Source: Podarcis melisellensis
Taxonomy: Eukaryota
Assembly: GCA_964234715.1 (NCBI GenBank)
Contig: OZ174278.1
Reading direction: 5' to 3' (one strand)
DNA length: 64,000 bases
Shown here: positions 1-14,047 of the stretch, in pieces
Layout of the letters: the number at the start of each line of letters is the position of its first letter
Position numbering within the stretch: position 1 is the stretch's first letter
Translations under genes and position numbers: made by a program
Notes under the pieces: generated by a model
The model's database searches: none
What the model was told of the DNA's origin: nothing
The model's input: the letters and a program-made list of their open reading frames with translations, nothing else

Positions 1-507
1 ATAGCTCTCCCCTCAGAAGGAGAATTGGGGGCTATGGACAGGGAGTACAACCTTACAGTGGGGAAGCAGCAACATGTGTTAAAAACAAAGCATACCACTA
101 TTCCTTCATTCACTAGTGCTGATTTCTATGCTGCTGATTATGTACAAACCAGAAACCTACCCGCACAAATGTACCAAATATGTTTTATCTGACAATTCTC
201 CACTCCAGAGTTTGAAATCTTGTCCCAAACCCCTGTTCCCTGAAAAATAAAACCTCACTTTCCCATTTCCATTTTTTAAACTAGCATACAGGTAAGGAAA
301 GTAAGATAAGGCACAATCTAGATATGAGGCTATTATCCCTCAGCACCACATACAGCACCGTGCTATTCTGTAGATCTGCAAAAGCAATATAAGCCCTGCA
401 GTCACTGGCCATACAAATATGCTCATAATTTCTCGTGCAGATTGCTTATTATTTGTGTTGTGCTTCTCTCTCTGGCTTATCTCCTTCCCAATCTGCTTTC
501 TCAACAG

Positions 508-561
508 ATCCTCTCCATGGGAATGATGACTGAATACTATCACTACTTTTTTACAACCCTG
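508..561 (+). CDS. GRIK1: GRIK1 exon (54 nt, ATD): ILSMGMMTEYYHYFFTTL
   Basis: CAG acceptor at 505-507 after a pyrimidine tract, GTAAG donor at 562; peptide matches kainate receptor ATD (MGMMTEYYHYFFTTL); phase 0/0. Confidence 0.95.
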
Positions 562-1793
562 GTAAGACATTTTGATAAATTTGTATCCATTACAGCAGTA
601 GTAGCTAAAGACCTTCATCCCCTATGATCTGTGTGCCAACCATTATAGATGAAAAGTGCTTCTTAACTGTATTACTGTTGATAGCAAAGCCATCTTGCAA
701 TAGAGGTGGCCTAGTATATCTGTCACACTCACCAAACCTATTTCCACCCCACTCTCATTTCTCTGTGCTGCATAGGGGAAAATAGAATTGTATGCCTGTG
801 AATCCATACTTCAAAACCATATCTAAGGAAATGGGGGGGGGGGGGAGAGGGAATGGAGAGAACCAAATATAGACTATTAAAAATTAGGGCATCTTATTTA
901 ACTCATTAGAGTGCTTCTCTGTGTTAGTGGAAATGTTAATGTGCTAGAGTCATGCTACCCCACCCTAGTACTGCTATGTGATGAAGGCTAGGCAAAAATA
1001 TTCCTAAATAAAAAATACTTAAGGTGACACATTTTTAGCTGTGTTCTAGAAGACATAGGAGGTATATAGAAAGGAAACTAATTTGTCATCCCTTGTGAGA
1101 CACTTTGTTGTTGCGTAAAGCCAATTAAACACATTTTAGCTCATGCAATCTTTCCTTCCATAGGAAAAACTAGCAAGATTTTGCTTTGTATCCTATAAGT
1201 TAAAGAAGCAATTGCGGTATTGTAAACATTGTGAAGTTTTAATAGTGTGACTGAAATCCTTCCAGAGATTGACAATGTTTCTTCACAAGACTGTTGATAT
1301 CAGCATCAACAATACTTTTTCCTTGAAACAAATCCTGACAAGTGTCTCACACTTTTTGGGAGGTCCATGACATTGCTTATGAAATGTGTCACAAAAATAA
1401 TATCACTTAAGGCCTCCATTATACCCCTGCTTTGCAAACTTCTAATGCACACAGAACTACTTCTTCACCAGCTTGAAACATATATCAGACACAGTGACTG
1501 CATGTTACCAAAGCTGGCAAGGCAGCAGAAATATGGTGCTCATAAGTACTAAAACTGTGTTGTTCATCACACTGCTGTAAGCTTTTTTCATTCTCAGGGC
1601 TGGAAAGTTTTCTTAACATTGACCAGCCAATTTTTCAAGCTTTTCTTTCTTTTCTTTTCATTTGTAATAGCTGTAACATTATTACTGGGATAATATAAAT
1701 CAATACCAGGTACTGCACTGAAACTTGCTTATAAAATAATGTTGTGAGCATCTAATGTTTTATGTTCCAACAAATCAAACATGAGATATGTTA

Positions 1794-1956
1794 TAAATCC
1801 TACTGTGCTCCAAGTTATTCAGATTTTATAATGAATGTCATTTCTGGTGAGCTTGGAGTCTGGTGAGCTTAAAGTCAAGGTGGGGAAAATAAATCCTACT
1901 CAGATCAAAGCTATTCAGATTTTATAATGAATGCCATTTTTGGTGAGCTTGGGATC
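1794..1956. repeat. Local tandem duplication, ~96-bp period, 2 diverged copies
   Basis: aaatcctact...tattcagattttataatgaatg.catt..tggtgagcttgg occurs at ~1795 and ~1891. Confidence 0.8.
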
Positions 1957-2144
1957 AAGGAAAAACAGTACAAGGCTAGGAAAAAACAATTCCTTGGTTC
2001 ACGAGCCATGGCTTTGAAACCCATTGCTACTCTAGGTTTGCACTACTAGGCTACTGGCTTGACTCAATATATAGGATGGTTCCTTTTATCATTAATACAA
2101 TCTATTCCTTTATTTCCCCCCAAAATGAAACCTTGATGATTTAG

Positions 2145-2318
2145 GATTTGTTTGCACTAGACCTGGAACCCTACAGATACAGCGGAGTCAATATGACTGG
2201 ATTTCGCTTACTCAACATTGACAATCCACAAGTGTCATCAGTTATTGAGAAGTGGTCAATGGAACGGCTACAGGCACCACCCAAGCCAGAGACAGGTCTC
2301 CTAGATGGCATGATGACT
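2145..2318 (+). CDS. GRIK1: GRIK1 exon (174 nt, ATD): [20 protein letters not shown]...GLLDGMMT
   Basis: TAG acceptor at 2142-2144, GTAAGT donor at 2319; near-identical to GluK1 ATD; phase 0/0. Confidence 0.97.
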
Positions 2319-2678
2319 GTAAGTGAAAGAGCACTGTCCACTATATCCACAATGTCCATTTTCTGTCCACAATGTTGGAAGAAAATGGTGTCTGCTCTGT
2401 GGTCTTTCAGCTGCTTAATGAAGACTTTTTTTATTTTAATGTCTGTTGAAAACCTGTTAAAAATGTTTTCTGGTGTTGCTTAAAATATTTGCTATACTGC
2501 TTTTCATCTCTTCTGCTGGAGGTTTTATGCTGTGGTGGTGATTTATTTCAGGTTTATAGTTGTCTTTTACAGTACACTCCTATGCATGTATACTCAGAAT
2601 AAGCCCCACTAACTAAATACATGAGGCTTACTCAAAGGCACGTGTGTGTATAGAACTGGAGCCTTAGGATTGTTAATA

Positions 2679-2731
2679 AATCATAGAAATGTAGAGTTGG
2701 AAGGGACCCTGAAGATCATCTAGTCCAACCC
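2679..2731 (-). mobile_element. CR1-type 3' tail fragment (LINE or CR1-tailed SINE)
   Basis: Reverse complement reads ...gggtcccttccaactctacatttctatgatt, the CR1 3' terminus with ATTCTATG-like motif. Confidence 0.7.
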
Positions 2732-2844
2732 AATAAATAATACGTTTGTGCCTTTGACTGTTGGAAATTTCAGCAGGTGTAGCTCTTCCTCATGTACAGT
2801 GACAAGCTACATCTATTGCCAACCCTTCTTCTGTGCAGGATGAC

Positions 2845-3790
2845 TCTGCTCGCATGTCAATTCAGTGTGCAACAGCTGTGAAAAAGGCAAACTCAATGCT
2901 AGCAATCATTAGGAAAGGGACTGAAAATAAAACTGCCAATATCATAAAGCTGTTACACAAATGTATTGTATAAGCACAGTCGGAATGCTGTGTACAGTTC
3001 TGGTCGCTTCACCTCCAAAAGGATATTGTAGAGCTGGAAAAGGTTCAGAAAAGGGCAATCAAAATGATCAAGGAGATGGAGCAGCTCCACTATGAGGAAA
3101 GGTTACACAACATTTGGGGTTTCTTAGTTTAGGGGGGAAATGAGTAAGAAGGCGCATGACAGAGGTGTATAAGATTATAAAGTGAAGAAAGTAAATCCTC
3201 TCTTATAATATTAGAGCCCATTGTTGTCCAGTGAAGTACAATACTGGAATACTCAAGCAGGCAAAAGGAAGTATTTCCACAAAGAGTGCATAGTTAAAAT
3301 ACAGGCAACTCTCAACTTACGCTGGGATTATGTTTCAGGGATTCCCTGTAAAGCCAAAACCGTATATAGTTAAAACACATAGGGTTTAATGGCAGGTGGG
3401 ATTGCTAAAGTCTTTTTGTCCCAGATGACTGCCCCCTTTTTATTTTTCATTTTTTAAATTGTCAGGCGTGTGCAGCTAAATGTGCACAAGTTAAATGTGT
3501 GTAAGTTGCTAGTTACCTGTATTGTATTCGCTCCCACAGGATGTAGTGATGACCACCAACCTGGATGGCATTAAAAGAGGATTGAACCAATTGATGGGGG
3601 ATAAAGCCATAATAACCTAGGTTTTACATCCACTTGCAGAGGCAGTGTGCCTCCGAATAACTGTTTTTAGGAGCCGAAAGTGGGGAGAGTGCTGTTGCAC
3701 TCAGGTCTTGCTTGCAGGCTTCCCAAAAACATATGGTTGGCCACTATAAGAACAGGAGTAGATGAGCCTTCGGTCTGATCCAGGAGGGGT
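2845..3790 (+). mobile_element. CR1 LINE 3' remnant (degenerate ORF2 C-terminus and 3' UTR), split by a MITE
   Basis: Typical CR1 sequence (cagtgtgc..aaaaggcaaac..atgct..., tgtacagttctggtcg, gagctggaaaaggttcagaaaagggc); resumes after 3521. Boundaries approximate. Confidence 0.85.
3302..3519. mobile_element. Tc1/mariner (Tigger/pogo-like) MITE nested in CR1
   Basis: Imperfect TIRs CAGGCAACTCTCAACTTACGC / GTGTAAGTTGCTAGTTACCTG with TA on both sides. Confidence 0.8.
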
Positions 3791-4444
3791 CATCTTAGGT
3801 TTTTATGATGGTTATTATAAGTAAACAATTTAAAAGTGGCTCCCATTTGTAGTTTGTGGTTAAAGCCGGGTCCTAGATCTGAAAGATTACATGGGAAGCA
3901 CTGCTCACAATAAGTTAAGACTTTAAATTTATTCTCAAACAAAGCTATTGATTTTATGCCAATCCTAATTTGTGCGCCAACAATGATCACAGATCTGTAC
4001 TATATTAAGACCTTGTAGTAAATTCAGATCACATTTGATTGCTAAACTATCTAGTATTTATAAGTAGTGTAAGTAGGTCAATGAAGCATAGAATTAATCT
4101 ATTAATTTCCCAAAAGATTTGCAGTGTGTGAAGTTTTATAATAAATAATAATATGTCTCATTAAATAGATGAGTCTTTAACTCTATCCATTGGTCTTATA
4201 GACTCAACAAACCTCTGTCGTTTAAATGTATAATTGCTCACTAAGGGCCTGATCCAAAGAAGTTTTGCTGGTCCAGAAAACAAATGTCTAAAATTAGACA
4301 TTACTCTTACATAATCACAGATAACTGATGAGAGTACTACAAGCCTTAGACACAGGGCTCATATTTTGGAATGAATGAAGGGGAAACCAGGGGATGGGAC
4401 TGAACATGTTGTCTTAAAAGTGTTTTCTATTTTCCCACATCCAG

Positions 4445-4588
4445 ACAGAAGCAGCTCTGGTGTATGATGCTGTTTACATGGTTGCAGTGGCTTCCCAGCG
4501 TGCCTCCCAAATGACTGTCAGCTCCCTGCAATGTCACAGACATAAGCCGTGGCGTTTTGGACCCAGATTTATGAACCTGATAAAAGAG
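4445..4588 (+). CDS. GRIK1: GRIK1 exon (144 nt, ATD): [48 protein letters not shown]
   Basis: CAG acceptor 4442-4444, GTAAG donor 4589; kainate receptor ATD peptide; phase 0/0. Confidence 0.97.
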
Positions 4589-4800
4589 GTAAGCATGGAC
4601 TATTTGCTGGAATTCAAAATAGCCTTTTTCTCTATTGCTGTTTAATACACTAGAAACTCTCTCTACCACACAATAATTGGTGTCATTTCTAGTGCTTAGC
4701 TAACAGCAGAATATTCACATATCCTCTTTACTGAAGGAAATTCCTGGTACAGTAGTTAAAACTTCAGCCTACAATTTGGTACAAAGCAAACCTGACATAA

Positions 4801-5145
4801 GGGAAGCAGGTGGCGCTGTGGGTTAAACCACAGAGCCTAGGACGTGCCGATCAGAAGGTCGGCGGTTTGAATCCCCGCGATGGGGTGAGTTCCCGTTGCT
4901 CAGTCCCTGCTCCTGCCAACCTAGCAGTTCAAAAGCATGTCAAAGTGCAAGTAGATAAATAGGTACCACTCCAGTGGGAAGGTAAACAGTGTTTCTGTGT
5001 GCTGCTCTGGTTCGCCAGAAACGGCTTAGTCATGCTAGCCACATGACCCGGAAGCTGTACACCGGCTCCCTCGGCCAATAAAGCGAGATGAGTGCTGCAA
5101 CCCCAGAGTCGGCCACGACTGGACCTAATGGTCCTGGACTGGACC
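4801..5145 (+). mobile_element. Sauria SINE, near full length
   Basis: tRNA-derived head (ggtggcgctgtgggttaaacc...ggtttgaatccc), core gtagataaataggtacc, tail accccagagtcgg..acgactgga; homologous to the copy at 25288. Confidence 0.9.
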
Positions 5146-7355
5146 TTCAAATAACATTTGAAGGGCTATTAAAAGCAAAGATCACCCCTGCCTTCCGCAT
5201 TTGAACTATTAGTTTAAGGTTTCTAGTGAACTTTCCACTGGGAGTTCGGGGGTGATTTCCACAGAGCTTGGGGAAACCAAAATATAATATAATCATTTTC
5301 AGTTAAAATGTTTGATGCTGGCACCAAAGAACATAAATATTAAAATGTGAGTATCAAAATTGTCTCTTTTTAAACATCAATTCCTAGAAGTTAATCTGTG
5401 TGATATTTTGATTATTTCAAGCATACAATTTCTATACAATAATAGACTTGCACAACTGTATATTCATATCTGATGAGTACTGTGCTTTGTTGAAACAAGC
5501 CAACTTCAAACAATGGCTTATGAAGCTTCAGAGTAATTTCATGTTAGCATTTGCTCACAACACTAAATTATGGTTAACTGTAATTCCAAGTGAAAGCTTT
5601 CATTCTCCTGTTCTCTTGTGTGAGTCCAATCTCTCTTATGCTTGTTCCTGCCACAAGAAACAGTAGCTGGTTGTGATGTCCAAACAGAGCTAATGCCTGA
5701 ATTTCTACACATTTTTCTGTTTTTAGAAACTCAGCTAATCCTACTCCATATACAAATACAGTATATGTTTCACAACATCTATTCATCTTAACCCAGATTT
5801 ACACTCCAAACCCAATTCCTCACTAGTCTTCCACATTAATTTCCCACAGTATCTAGCATATCAATAATAATGAGGTTGTGGAAAAGTTTATCAAAACATT
5901 TGTGAAACATTTCCAACCAGACTGTGTCATTGCTTAAGCAGTTTTCATTGAATGCCTTAATTATGTTATGCCCCAAAGCAACACAGCTTCTCAGTAAATG
6001 CAGTTCATGGTCTGATATGTGACTTTATTGTACAATTCACATTTATTGTGTACAGCTTGATTCTGCATGGCACATGAGATCTGACCTAATTACTGGTAGT
6101 TTCACAGATAATTTATTTTATGGTCTATAAAACATTAACTCAAAAGGCTCAAGCTTCTTATCTTTTGAAGTGTGATTTTTTTGTTCTTAGCAAAAGAGAA
6201 AAATGACAATCACCATGATGGATTGAAAACTGCAGCACACCACTATGCTGCGCTATTTCCACAGCAGTAATTGCTTTCAAACTGTAGGGTGTAATAGATA
6301 ATGCCAGAGCTTATCTATGCCTTCCTATTTTTGCTGCAGTGTGTACATATGTATTTATTTATTAAGAGGATTTATATCTCACTACTTCAGGCAACCGCCT
6401 CTCAGAGCAACTAATGAAGTTCTTAAAACAATAACAATCCAAGCAACAAATCCCTTTAAAGAGCAACTAGATCAGCAGGGAAACTTGCAATCTGAGAAAA
6501 ATAGACATAAAGCCCAAATATCTAAAAGTAAGAAGAAGAAAATTATACTGTATAGTGCATATGTGTGAACACTGAGCCATTCTGAAACCTTTGGAAAGGC
6601 AGCATAAGAGCCAGCTACACATTATGTGGAAGATCTGTGGTTCAGTTTCAAGGCATTTCTTAAAAGACAAAACTGCAGTGCATTTGTAGGGGACTGAGAA
6701 TTTCTTAAGAGCTAATAGAAAAGAGGTGTTAAGTCCTTTTCTTCTGTGCCCCTTTCCCTGTCAGACCTGCTAACATACTTAGCTGCTCCTTGCGCAGCAA
6801 TCAGCATTTGGGAGGAGAAATTTTGATCAGGAAATCACAGCATCTGCTACTCCAAGAATGTACAAAATGGTTAATATTGCAACAGAAATACAATTAATGT
6901 TACTTTACACAAACCCTGGATATTATGTATGAGTATAGGGAACAATAAGATTTTCCTGGAGAAATATAAGCTTGCTGGAACCCTTTGGATATTCCTGCTG
7001 ATTTAAGGTAACCTAACTAGAGTTCACAAGCCAGGTTTTGTGTGGGTGGATATTATATACAGTACATTGCCTAGGATCAGCATTCAGTTACAATCAGACG
7101 GGGAGACTAAATCCTTTCCAGAAGTTCCTGTTCCTGTGACCTAATGTCATTTGATATCTAAATGATACTCTAATCCTTCGCCCCCTCATGAAACAGTTTG
7201 CAAACAAATCTATATTCCCTGCCAGACAAAGAGGGAAACAGGTCATTCTCTTGCAAAATAAAATTTATCTTTTTCTTCAGGACAACTAAAATCAGTTCGG
7301 AGGAATTAAATTTAATTCCTCAGACAGCTGCCTTGCTATTTAACTCTCTGTCTCC

Positions 7356-7484
7356 AGGGATGGCTAACCTGTGATTCTTTTAATGAAGATAACCTATGAG
7401 CCCCAGCCAGCATGACCAATAGTTATAGGTTATGGGAGTTGTATTCCAGCTACACCTGAAGGACCAAAGGTTAACCAGGCCTGA
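7356..7484. mobile_element. Old hAT-like MITE
   Basis: Ends CAGGGATGGCTAACCT / AGGTTAACCAGGCCTG form imperfect TIRs; related internal motif recurs near 51290-51365. Confidence 0.5.
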
Positions 7485-8306
7485 TTTATAGGGAGAAAAG
7501 CTATTTAAAAACCCCAAAGCAGAAGAGCACCACCACCAGGCTCCATGAGCAAGGAAATGAGATAAATGCAAAATATACACGCCCCTGATAAGTAAAGTAT
7601 TAGCAGCAAACATAGAAGGGACTGTAGCTATTTGTCCAACTATAAACCCTTTGTGAAAACTAGCTAAAGGAGAAATAATCATAAATAAACAGTAGATGAA
7701 CAAAAGGAGCCAGAGGCTCCACAGTCCCCTTGAGCTTTCTCTGAATATATTTGTTACTTTTTCCCAATATATATGACATTTTTGCATTTCTCCAACTCCA
7801 AAAACCCTACAATTATGACGTGGAATAAATATGGATTTAACATTGCAATTATACAGTACAATAGATATGGATTTAACTCAAAATAAAAACTTAATTTGTT
7901 AAAGTTAACATTTGATGATGATTTGAACAATTTTCACAGCATGGTGATTACAGAAAAATAACAGGCAGGTTTGCATGAGGATTGTTAGTAGAACTCAATA
8001 AACCTATGAGAGCTTTATAATTTGATAAGAAATATTAGCATGAAAAATATGTTAAATTATGCCTTGAAGTGCATATTCTAGTTGGTAAAATGTGCAATGA
8101 CTTATGCAGTCATTATAGTAATTATACAGTAAGCAGACGAAGAAGAATAGAAAGCCAAAGAAGGGAAAAATCCAAAGCTAGCTGTTTATTATTGTGCAGT
8201 GTGCTAAACTAAATGAAAAAAGGAAACTGCATACAGTATTGGAAAAGAAACTACAGTCAAGGCCTGAAAGGCACATCCACACTTCTATAATTTTTATACT
8301 AGCTTA

Positions 8307-8863
8307 CCGTATTTTTCGCCCTAGAGGACGCACTTTTTCCCCTCCAAAAATGAAGGGGAAATGTGTGTGCGTCCTATGGGGCAAATGCAGGCTTTCGCTG
8401 AAGCCTGGAGAGCGAAAGGGGTCGGTGCGCACTGACCCCTCTCCCTCTCCAGGCTTCAGGAAGCTATCCGCAAGCCTTGGGAGCGCTCCCAAGGCTTGTG
8501 CAGAGCTGCCTGCACCCCTAAGACCGGGTGCACTGAGCAGTCGCGCCTGGGCTTCGGGTAGCTGTGCGCAAGCTGCAAGAGGGCTCCCCCGGCTTGCGCA
8601 GAGCTGCCTGCACGCTGAAGCTTGCGGTGCTGAGCTCAGCGCGCCAAGGCTTGGCGCAGCTCTCTGCAAGGCGAGGGAGCTTGGCGCTGGGCTCCCGTGG
8701 CTTGCGGAGAGTTGCCTGTTCTGGGGGCTGGGGTCGGGGGAAGCTCGGGTTTCCCCTGCCCCAACCCTGCGCCTGGGGGAAAAATATTTTTTCCCCTTTA
8801 TTTCCCCCCAAAAAAACTAGGTGCACCTTATGGGATGGTGCGTCCTATAGGGCGCACCATCCC
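8307..8863. mobile_element. GC-rich non-autonomous Tc1/mariner (Tigger/pogo-like) element with damaged right end
   Basis: TA + CCGTATTTTTCG terminus (same type as 62108 MITE), subterminal gcgtcctat.ggg repeats, internal GC-rich reiterations (ggcttgcgcagagctgcctg). Confidence 0.75.
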
Positions 8864-11288
8864 CAAAGAATCCTGGGAACTGAAGTTTGATTATAGTGCT
8901 GAGATTTCTCAAGAAGCACACGCAGAACTTCAGTTTCCAGAATATCTTGAGGAAATGAAATGACTATTAGTTGCATTATACATATCCATTGAAACTTAAA
9001 AGTCTTAAATACAACTACACTAACACACATGAGTTGTGAATCGGGCTATGAATCTGGCTCAGGGAATTAGATAACTTTCCAGGGTCATACTTCCAAGGAA
9101 GAAAGGTGACTTTGTGGCTCAGAGATCAGATCAGTGACTCACAGAATTGTGGTCCTTGAGGAATGTTGAGAGATATGGTTAATGGGAATGAAGACATTTT
9201 ATACTCTACACACTAAACATTCTTAAATTTAGACTTTAATTGAGCTTCACATGCCAAATTTATTGACTGCTGCTAACACAGTAGGGATTATATAGTGGAA
9301 AAACTCTCAGCTGCCATCTGTCCAGGAATGGCTGTTAAAAATGTCTGGAACTAAGTGAAATGGATAAGTTGGTGGAAGGTATTCATAGAATATCTTATTA
9401 TTTGTATTGCTTTATTTATTATTGTTTACTGGAAAAGTAACTATGGATAAATGCTGGATATTTTGTTTTTGTAGTAATAGCTGATATTGTAACTGCAACA
9501 GTATAATAAAAAATCAAAATATGAAGAGGTGGGGAAATGCCAATTCAATCTGTCCAGATTTTCCATGACTCCTATGAATTCAATTGAATGAACTCCCCGC
9601 CCCCACCTTAACACTAGATCATCTGGTTGTTTGCTCACACATAGTCTTTATGTTCTCTTCAGATAAATGTATGGATGTTTTCCAATTGCTTTTCACCAAT
9701 ATGCGGTCCAGCCCAGCTGGCAAAGATTGCATTGGGGTGGTTCAATGTGTAGCTTTTCAGAGGTATTCATCTCTCACTTCCTCCCTAATTACAGCTCATT
9801 GACTAATACCTGATGGTAATAATAAGTTTAACTAATAGAAATGGAAAATGAAAGGGTAGTTACTGCATTAGGAGATGGATTCTACAGTGCATAAACTAGA
9901 CATCCTTCAGGAGACATATACTATTGATAGTGGAGGTGAAAGAAGGTATAGAGGAAGGATAAAACGAAAGGCAAGTGGAAGAAAAAAAGGAATGGAGGAG
10001 GGAGAAGTAGAAAGAACTGGAACTAGGAAGCCAGAGAGTGTTTGGAAACATAGATACCCATTTATATTTCATACTGGTTTGGAACGTATTATTTTAAATA
10101 AAGAAAAAAAATTGAAAGGTTCAGCATGTTCTTTAACATATTACTTTTTTTAAAAAACATAATATAAAAAAGTAATGTTTAAAATTTAATTCAAACCAGT
10201 GAAGTATGATATGGATAAATGTGGTTTGCCTTAGAAGCCAGCCTCACATTCTAGCATATAGGACTGAGCTTAGGGTTTAAAGGACATAAAACTAAATGCA
10301 AAGAGCCAGGTGTATATACCATAGTTCAGGTAAAGTGGTTACAGTATTGGATTAAGATTGGAGAGCTCCAGTTCAAAATTTCCACATGCAGTTCGGTGGG
10401 TGGCCTTGGACCTGTCCTTCACTCATTCTAACTCTAACGGTTGTTGCAATGATAAAATGTGTGGTGGTGGTGGTGGTGGTGGTGAGATCTTGTATACCAC
10501 ACCAAGCTCTTTGCAGTAAGGGCAGAAGAAAGTGCAAAAGACTTTTGGATCAGACTGAGCTGCATCTAGAGTAGCTCAGTGTGGGAAAGTTTCCCTAGAA
10601 TGGCCAACTACTCTAATTGGGTACAGTCACAGCTAAAAACTTCTGACTGATCTGATGGCTACTGTTGGCTAGAAACCATGGTGTAATATTGATTCTCAAT
10701 GATGCATGACTAATAAATTTAGGGAAAGTGAAACAATGATCTCAATCAATGGTACAATGATAGAGTTTTTCAGGGAAAATTGCATTTGCTTGAATTTAAG
10801 ATCGATACACATTCATATTCAATCTGTTTTTATTAAGGTTAATAACCTCATTTAAAAATATAGATTCCAGATATTATTGCGGTGACAATTTATCTTTCAA
10901 ATACTGCACCTATAGATGAATTATGCTTATTGAGACAATTTTGACCACTGAAAGTTAGCATCTCCTGCACAATTTGTTAGTTATATTATAAATTAATGCT
11001 TCACTTGCATGCATATGTGGTGCCACTTTGTGCATGCATAACCCTGGTTCAATAATCTGTGCCACCCTAGCTTATCAGCTAGGGTGGCAATAATGGAAGG
11101 ACCTAAATCCAAGTTTATGGTGCCTTTTCCATACCAAGCATGTTAACAATCATCTGAGCAACATTTTCCACGCACAGGGTCTGAAGGTGGATTAGACCAC
11201 TCTTTTGCAGGGACTAAAACTGCCTTCTGCTGATGCAACTGTCATTGGCAGCTACTAATTAATGCCTGTTTCTGACAAAAGGTAGCTA

Positions 11289-11449
11289 CAGGCATGTCCA
11301 AGCACTCGATCGCAATCTACTGGTAGATCTCGGGCATCCTACAGGCTATCCTCCCCCCAAAAAACTCGACAACTCTCAGCAATGACAATGGGTAGATCGC
11401 TGCCAGTTTTTTTAGTAGATCACAGTCTCTTGGGAGTTGGAAGTGCCTG
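11289..11449. mobile_element. hAT-like MITE
   Basis: TIRs CAGGCATGTCCAA / TTGGAAGTGCCTG, internal GTAGATC subterminal repeats; no clear TSD. Confidence 0.65.
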
Positions 11450-14047
11450 TCCTACACCATCTATCTGTCCATACTGAAATAGACAATGGAAAGGATGCTC
11501 CCCATATGATGGAGCCAAGTGCTTGTACATGGCATGAAGGGTAAATCATCATGAAGTTGCCATTTTGGTCACATCACCATGGCAAGCATAACACGCATCC
11601 CAGCTCTCTGGCACAATATTAATATTGTGGGCCAGGCAGTCTCACTAGGTTGCCAGTCAACAACTAACTAAGAAGTTACACCATTGAGAAACATATTTTC
11701 ACAACCCGTAGAGAACCCTAGGGAAGGTAACTGGTACCTCAGAACTTTACAATACTTTGCGAGTGCTTCAGTCTTGTCCAGATTAGTTGCTGGCATCTTC
11801 TCAGTTGCTAAGTGCCTCACATATTTTACCACAGATTGTCAAAACTTTCACTTAACCAAGAACTACTTGAAAACTCACAAGCTGCTTTTTTGAACAGAAG
11901 GGCCACAGTTGGTCTAGTACAGTTACATAACTACTAGACCCACGGTCATTTAGTTCAGGATGTGGAACTTATTCTGCAACAGCAGCTAGGGATTATTAAT
12001 TAAAGCAGAGGTCCCTAAACTTTTGGAGCCTAGGGTCACATCTGGAAATCTAAGAAGCTGTCAGGAAAACCACAAAATACCCATTTCACAGGAAAAGTGG
12101 TGGAACTTAGAACCTCCCACTTGAAACAAACAACAACAGGAAAAATGTCTGCACCTCTCCCCCAAGCCCAAAACATATAGAAAAGAAGGCATCTTATCCA
12201 CAAAACAGCCCCAACCAATCAACCAACCCTCCAAAAATATTCAGGTTTTTTTTTAAAAAAAATGGGAGGGGTGAGGTGCCTTGGCATCAAGGAGGATATC
12301 TGAAGGCAGCATGGTGCTCATACTATTTTAAAGTATTTTGAAAATAAAATTCAATATGTGTTTTTATTTTGAGCTCCTTTTATTTCATTGGAATGTGTAT
12401 GTTGCTCTATATGGAACATTCAGGATTAGTAATAACAAATAAATCAGCTAAAATCAAATTAAACTGCAAAGACAACAGATGTTAAATCCCCAGAACACTG
12501 CCAACTTAATTTCTGGTCTTAAAATTTGGTTAAAATAGGAATATATGAAATGTTCCCTGAAGAAAGTGTCGGGAACAAGTGGAAGTTCCAGTATTCTTGG
12601 ATAGATATCAAGGATGTCTCTCCAAGAACCATCACTAACTGAACGAGTCACATACTCTAGTGACTGGCAGGACACCAACAAGTATGTACCAAGAGAAGGG
12701 GAGTCAGTGATTTCTCCTAGGAAAAGGAAGCTGCTTGCCCGCCCTGACCTCTTTCTGGAGAAGAAGCCCTGTGAAGTAGCCCTGTTAGGGGATTTTTCCT
12801 AATCTAGCTTTTACTCTAAAGGCAGTTAAACACTGGCCATCAAGTGTTCACTGATGACACATTCACACTTTGAAATTAGTTCAGAGTAAGATGTTGCTGG
12901 GACTTCTGGTCAAATAAGTTAGAATCTAATGCTTAACCCAATTACTTTTGAGCAATTTTATAGATTGGATTACAGCATCTGTAACTACAAAAGTGGACAG
13001 TTTATTGCTTATGGAGGGTGTCAGTTAATGAGAAGGGCAGGCCCACCAGCAAGTCAATAGGAAATGTGAGAATATTTTCTGAGACAGAGGTGACAAAGGG
13101 TCTGTCAACTGAAAATTGATAATTCTCTGGCAGAACCATCAGGAGAATGACTTTTCAGTGAGAGCTCCTACGATAACTACCATTTACACTCTTGAAGAGC
13201 CTATTCTGTGAACCTTAAATCACCACAGACCTCTTAAAAATCCCACCCTACTATCCGTAACACTAAAAAAAACCTCTGCAAATGCTACATAAAGGTGCTA
13301 TGTGATTATGATATTGCTGTGCACATGATAATATTCATTTCAGTAGATTAAGTTCTACAGTTAAAAAGATGGAAACTTAATCATACTTCTGTCAGTTTTG
13401 TGTACACCATCCAGGTTCATAGTAGATAGCGATCTACAATGTGTTTAATGCAGAATAGGAATAAATATATAGCTGAGAGAACCTGTAATTAGAATTGTAA
13501 AGCAGACACTGATGAGTTTGCTCTATTATAATATATTGTGAGAGTTCCTGGCATTTTTAAACTATTTCATGAAGGAGCAAGCTAAATGAGGATAATAAAG
13601 ATCGTCTACACTTGAAAATCGATTTTCTTCTAGTGGTACAATGGAAGTCACTAGGAACTAGCCAAAGGCCAGTTTGCATACACAGGAAACGTGAGAAGAG
13701 AAGACAGCACCTGTACTGGAAGTGTTTTTAAATATGGAATTGTTTTAAAATGCTTACATTGTTTTTAAACATGGAAGTGTTGTTGCTTATTTATTTAATA
13801 TATTGAACTGTTTTAAACTGTTTTTACACTTTTGTGGTTTTGTGGTTGTAATGGCTATATAATTGCATATTTTATTGTTGCAACCCACCCTGGAACTTTA
13901 TAGTAAAGGGTGGGCAAGAAATAAAAAAAATGAATCATGTATAAAATATTTCTTGCATTAGAAACCTTTCAGAGTTTTTAAAAAGAAAGCCGCATGAAAG
14001 AAACTGCAGTAGTTTGCTGCCTCAGATGAAACAGCAAAGCGCGTGCA

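Noticed and set aside
8194-8963. Cluster of overlapping 88-208 aa ORFs
   Set aside because: They coincide with a GC-rich, internally repetitive non-autonomous transposon; stop-poor composition and no protein motifs.
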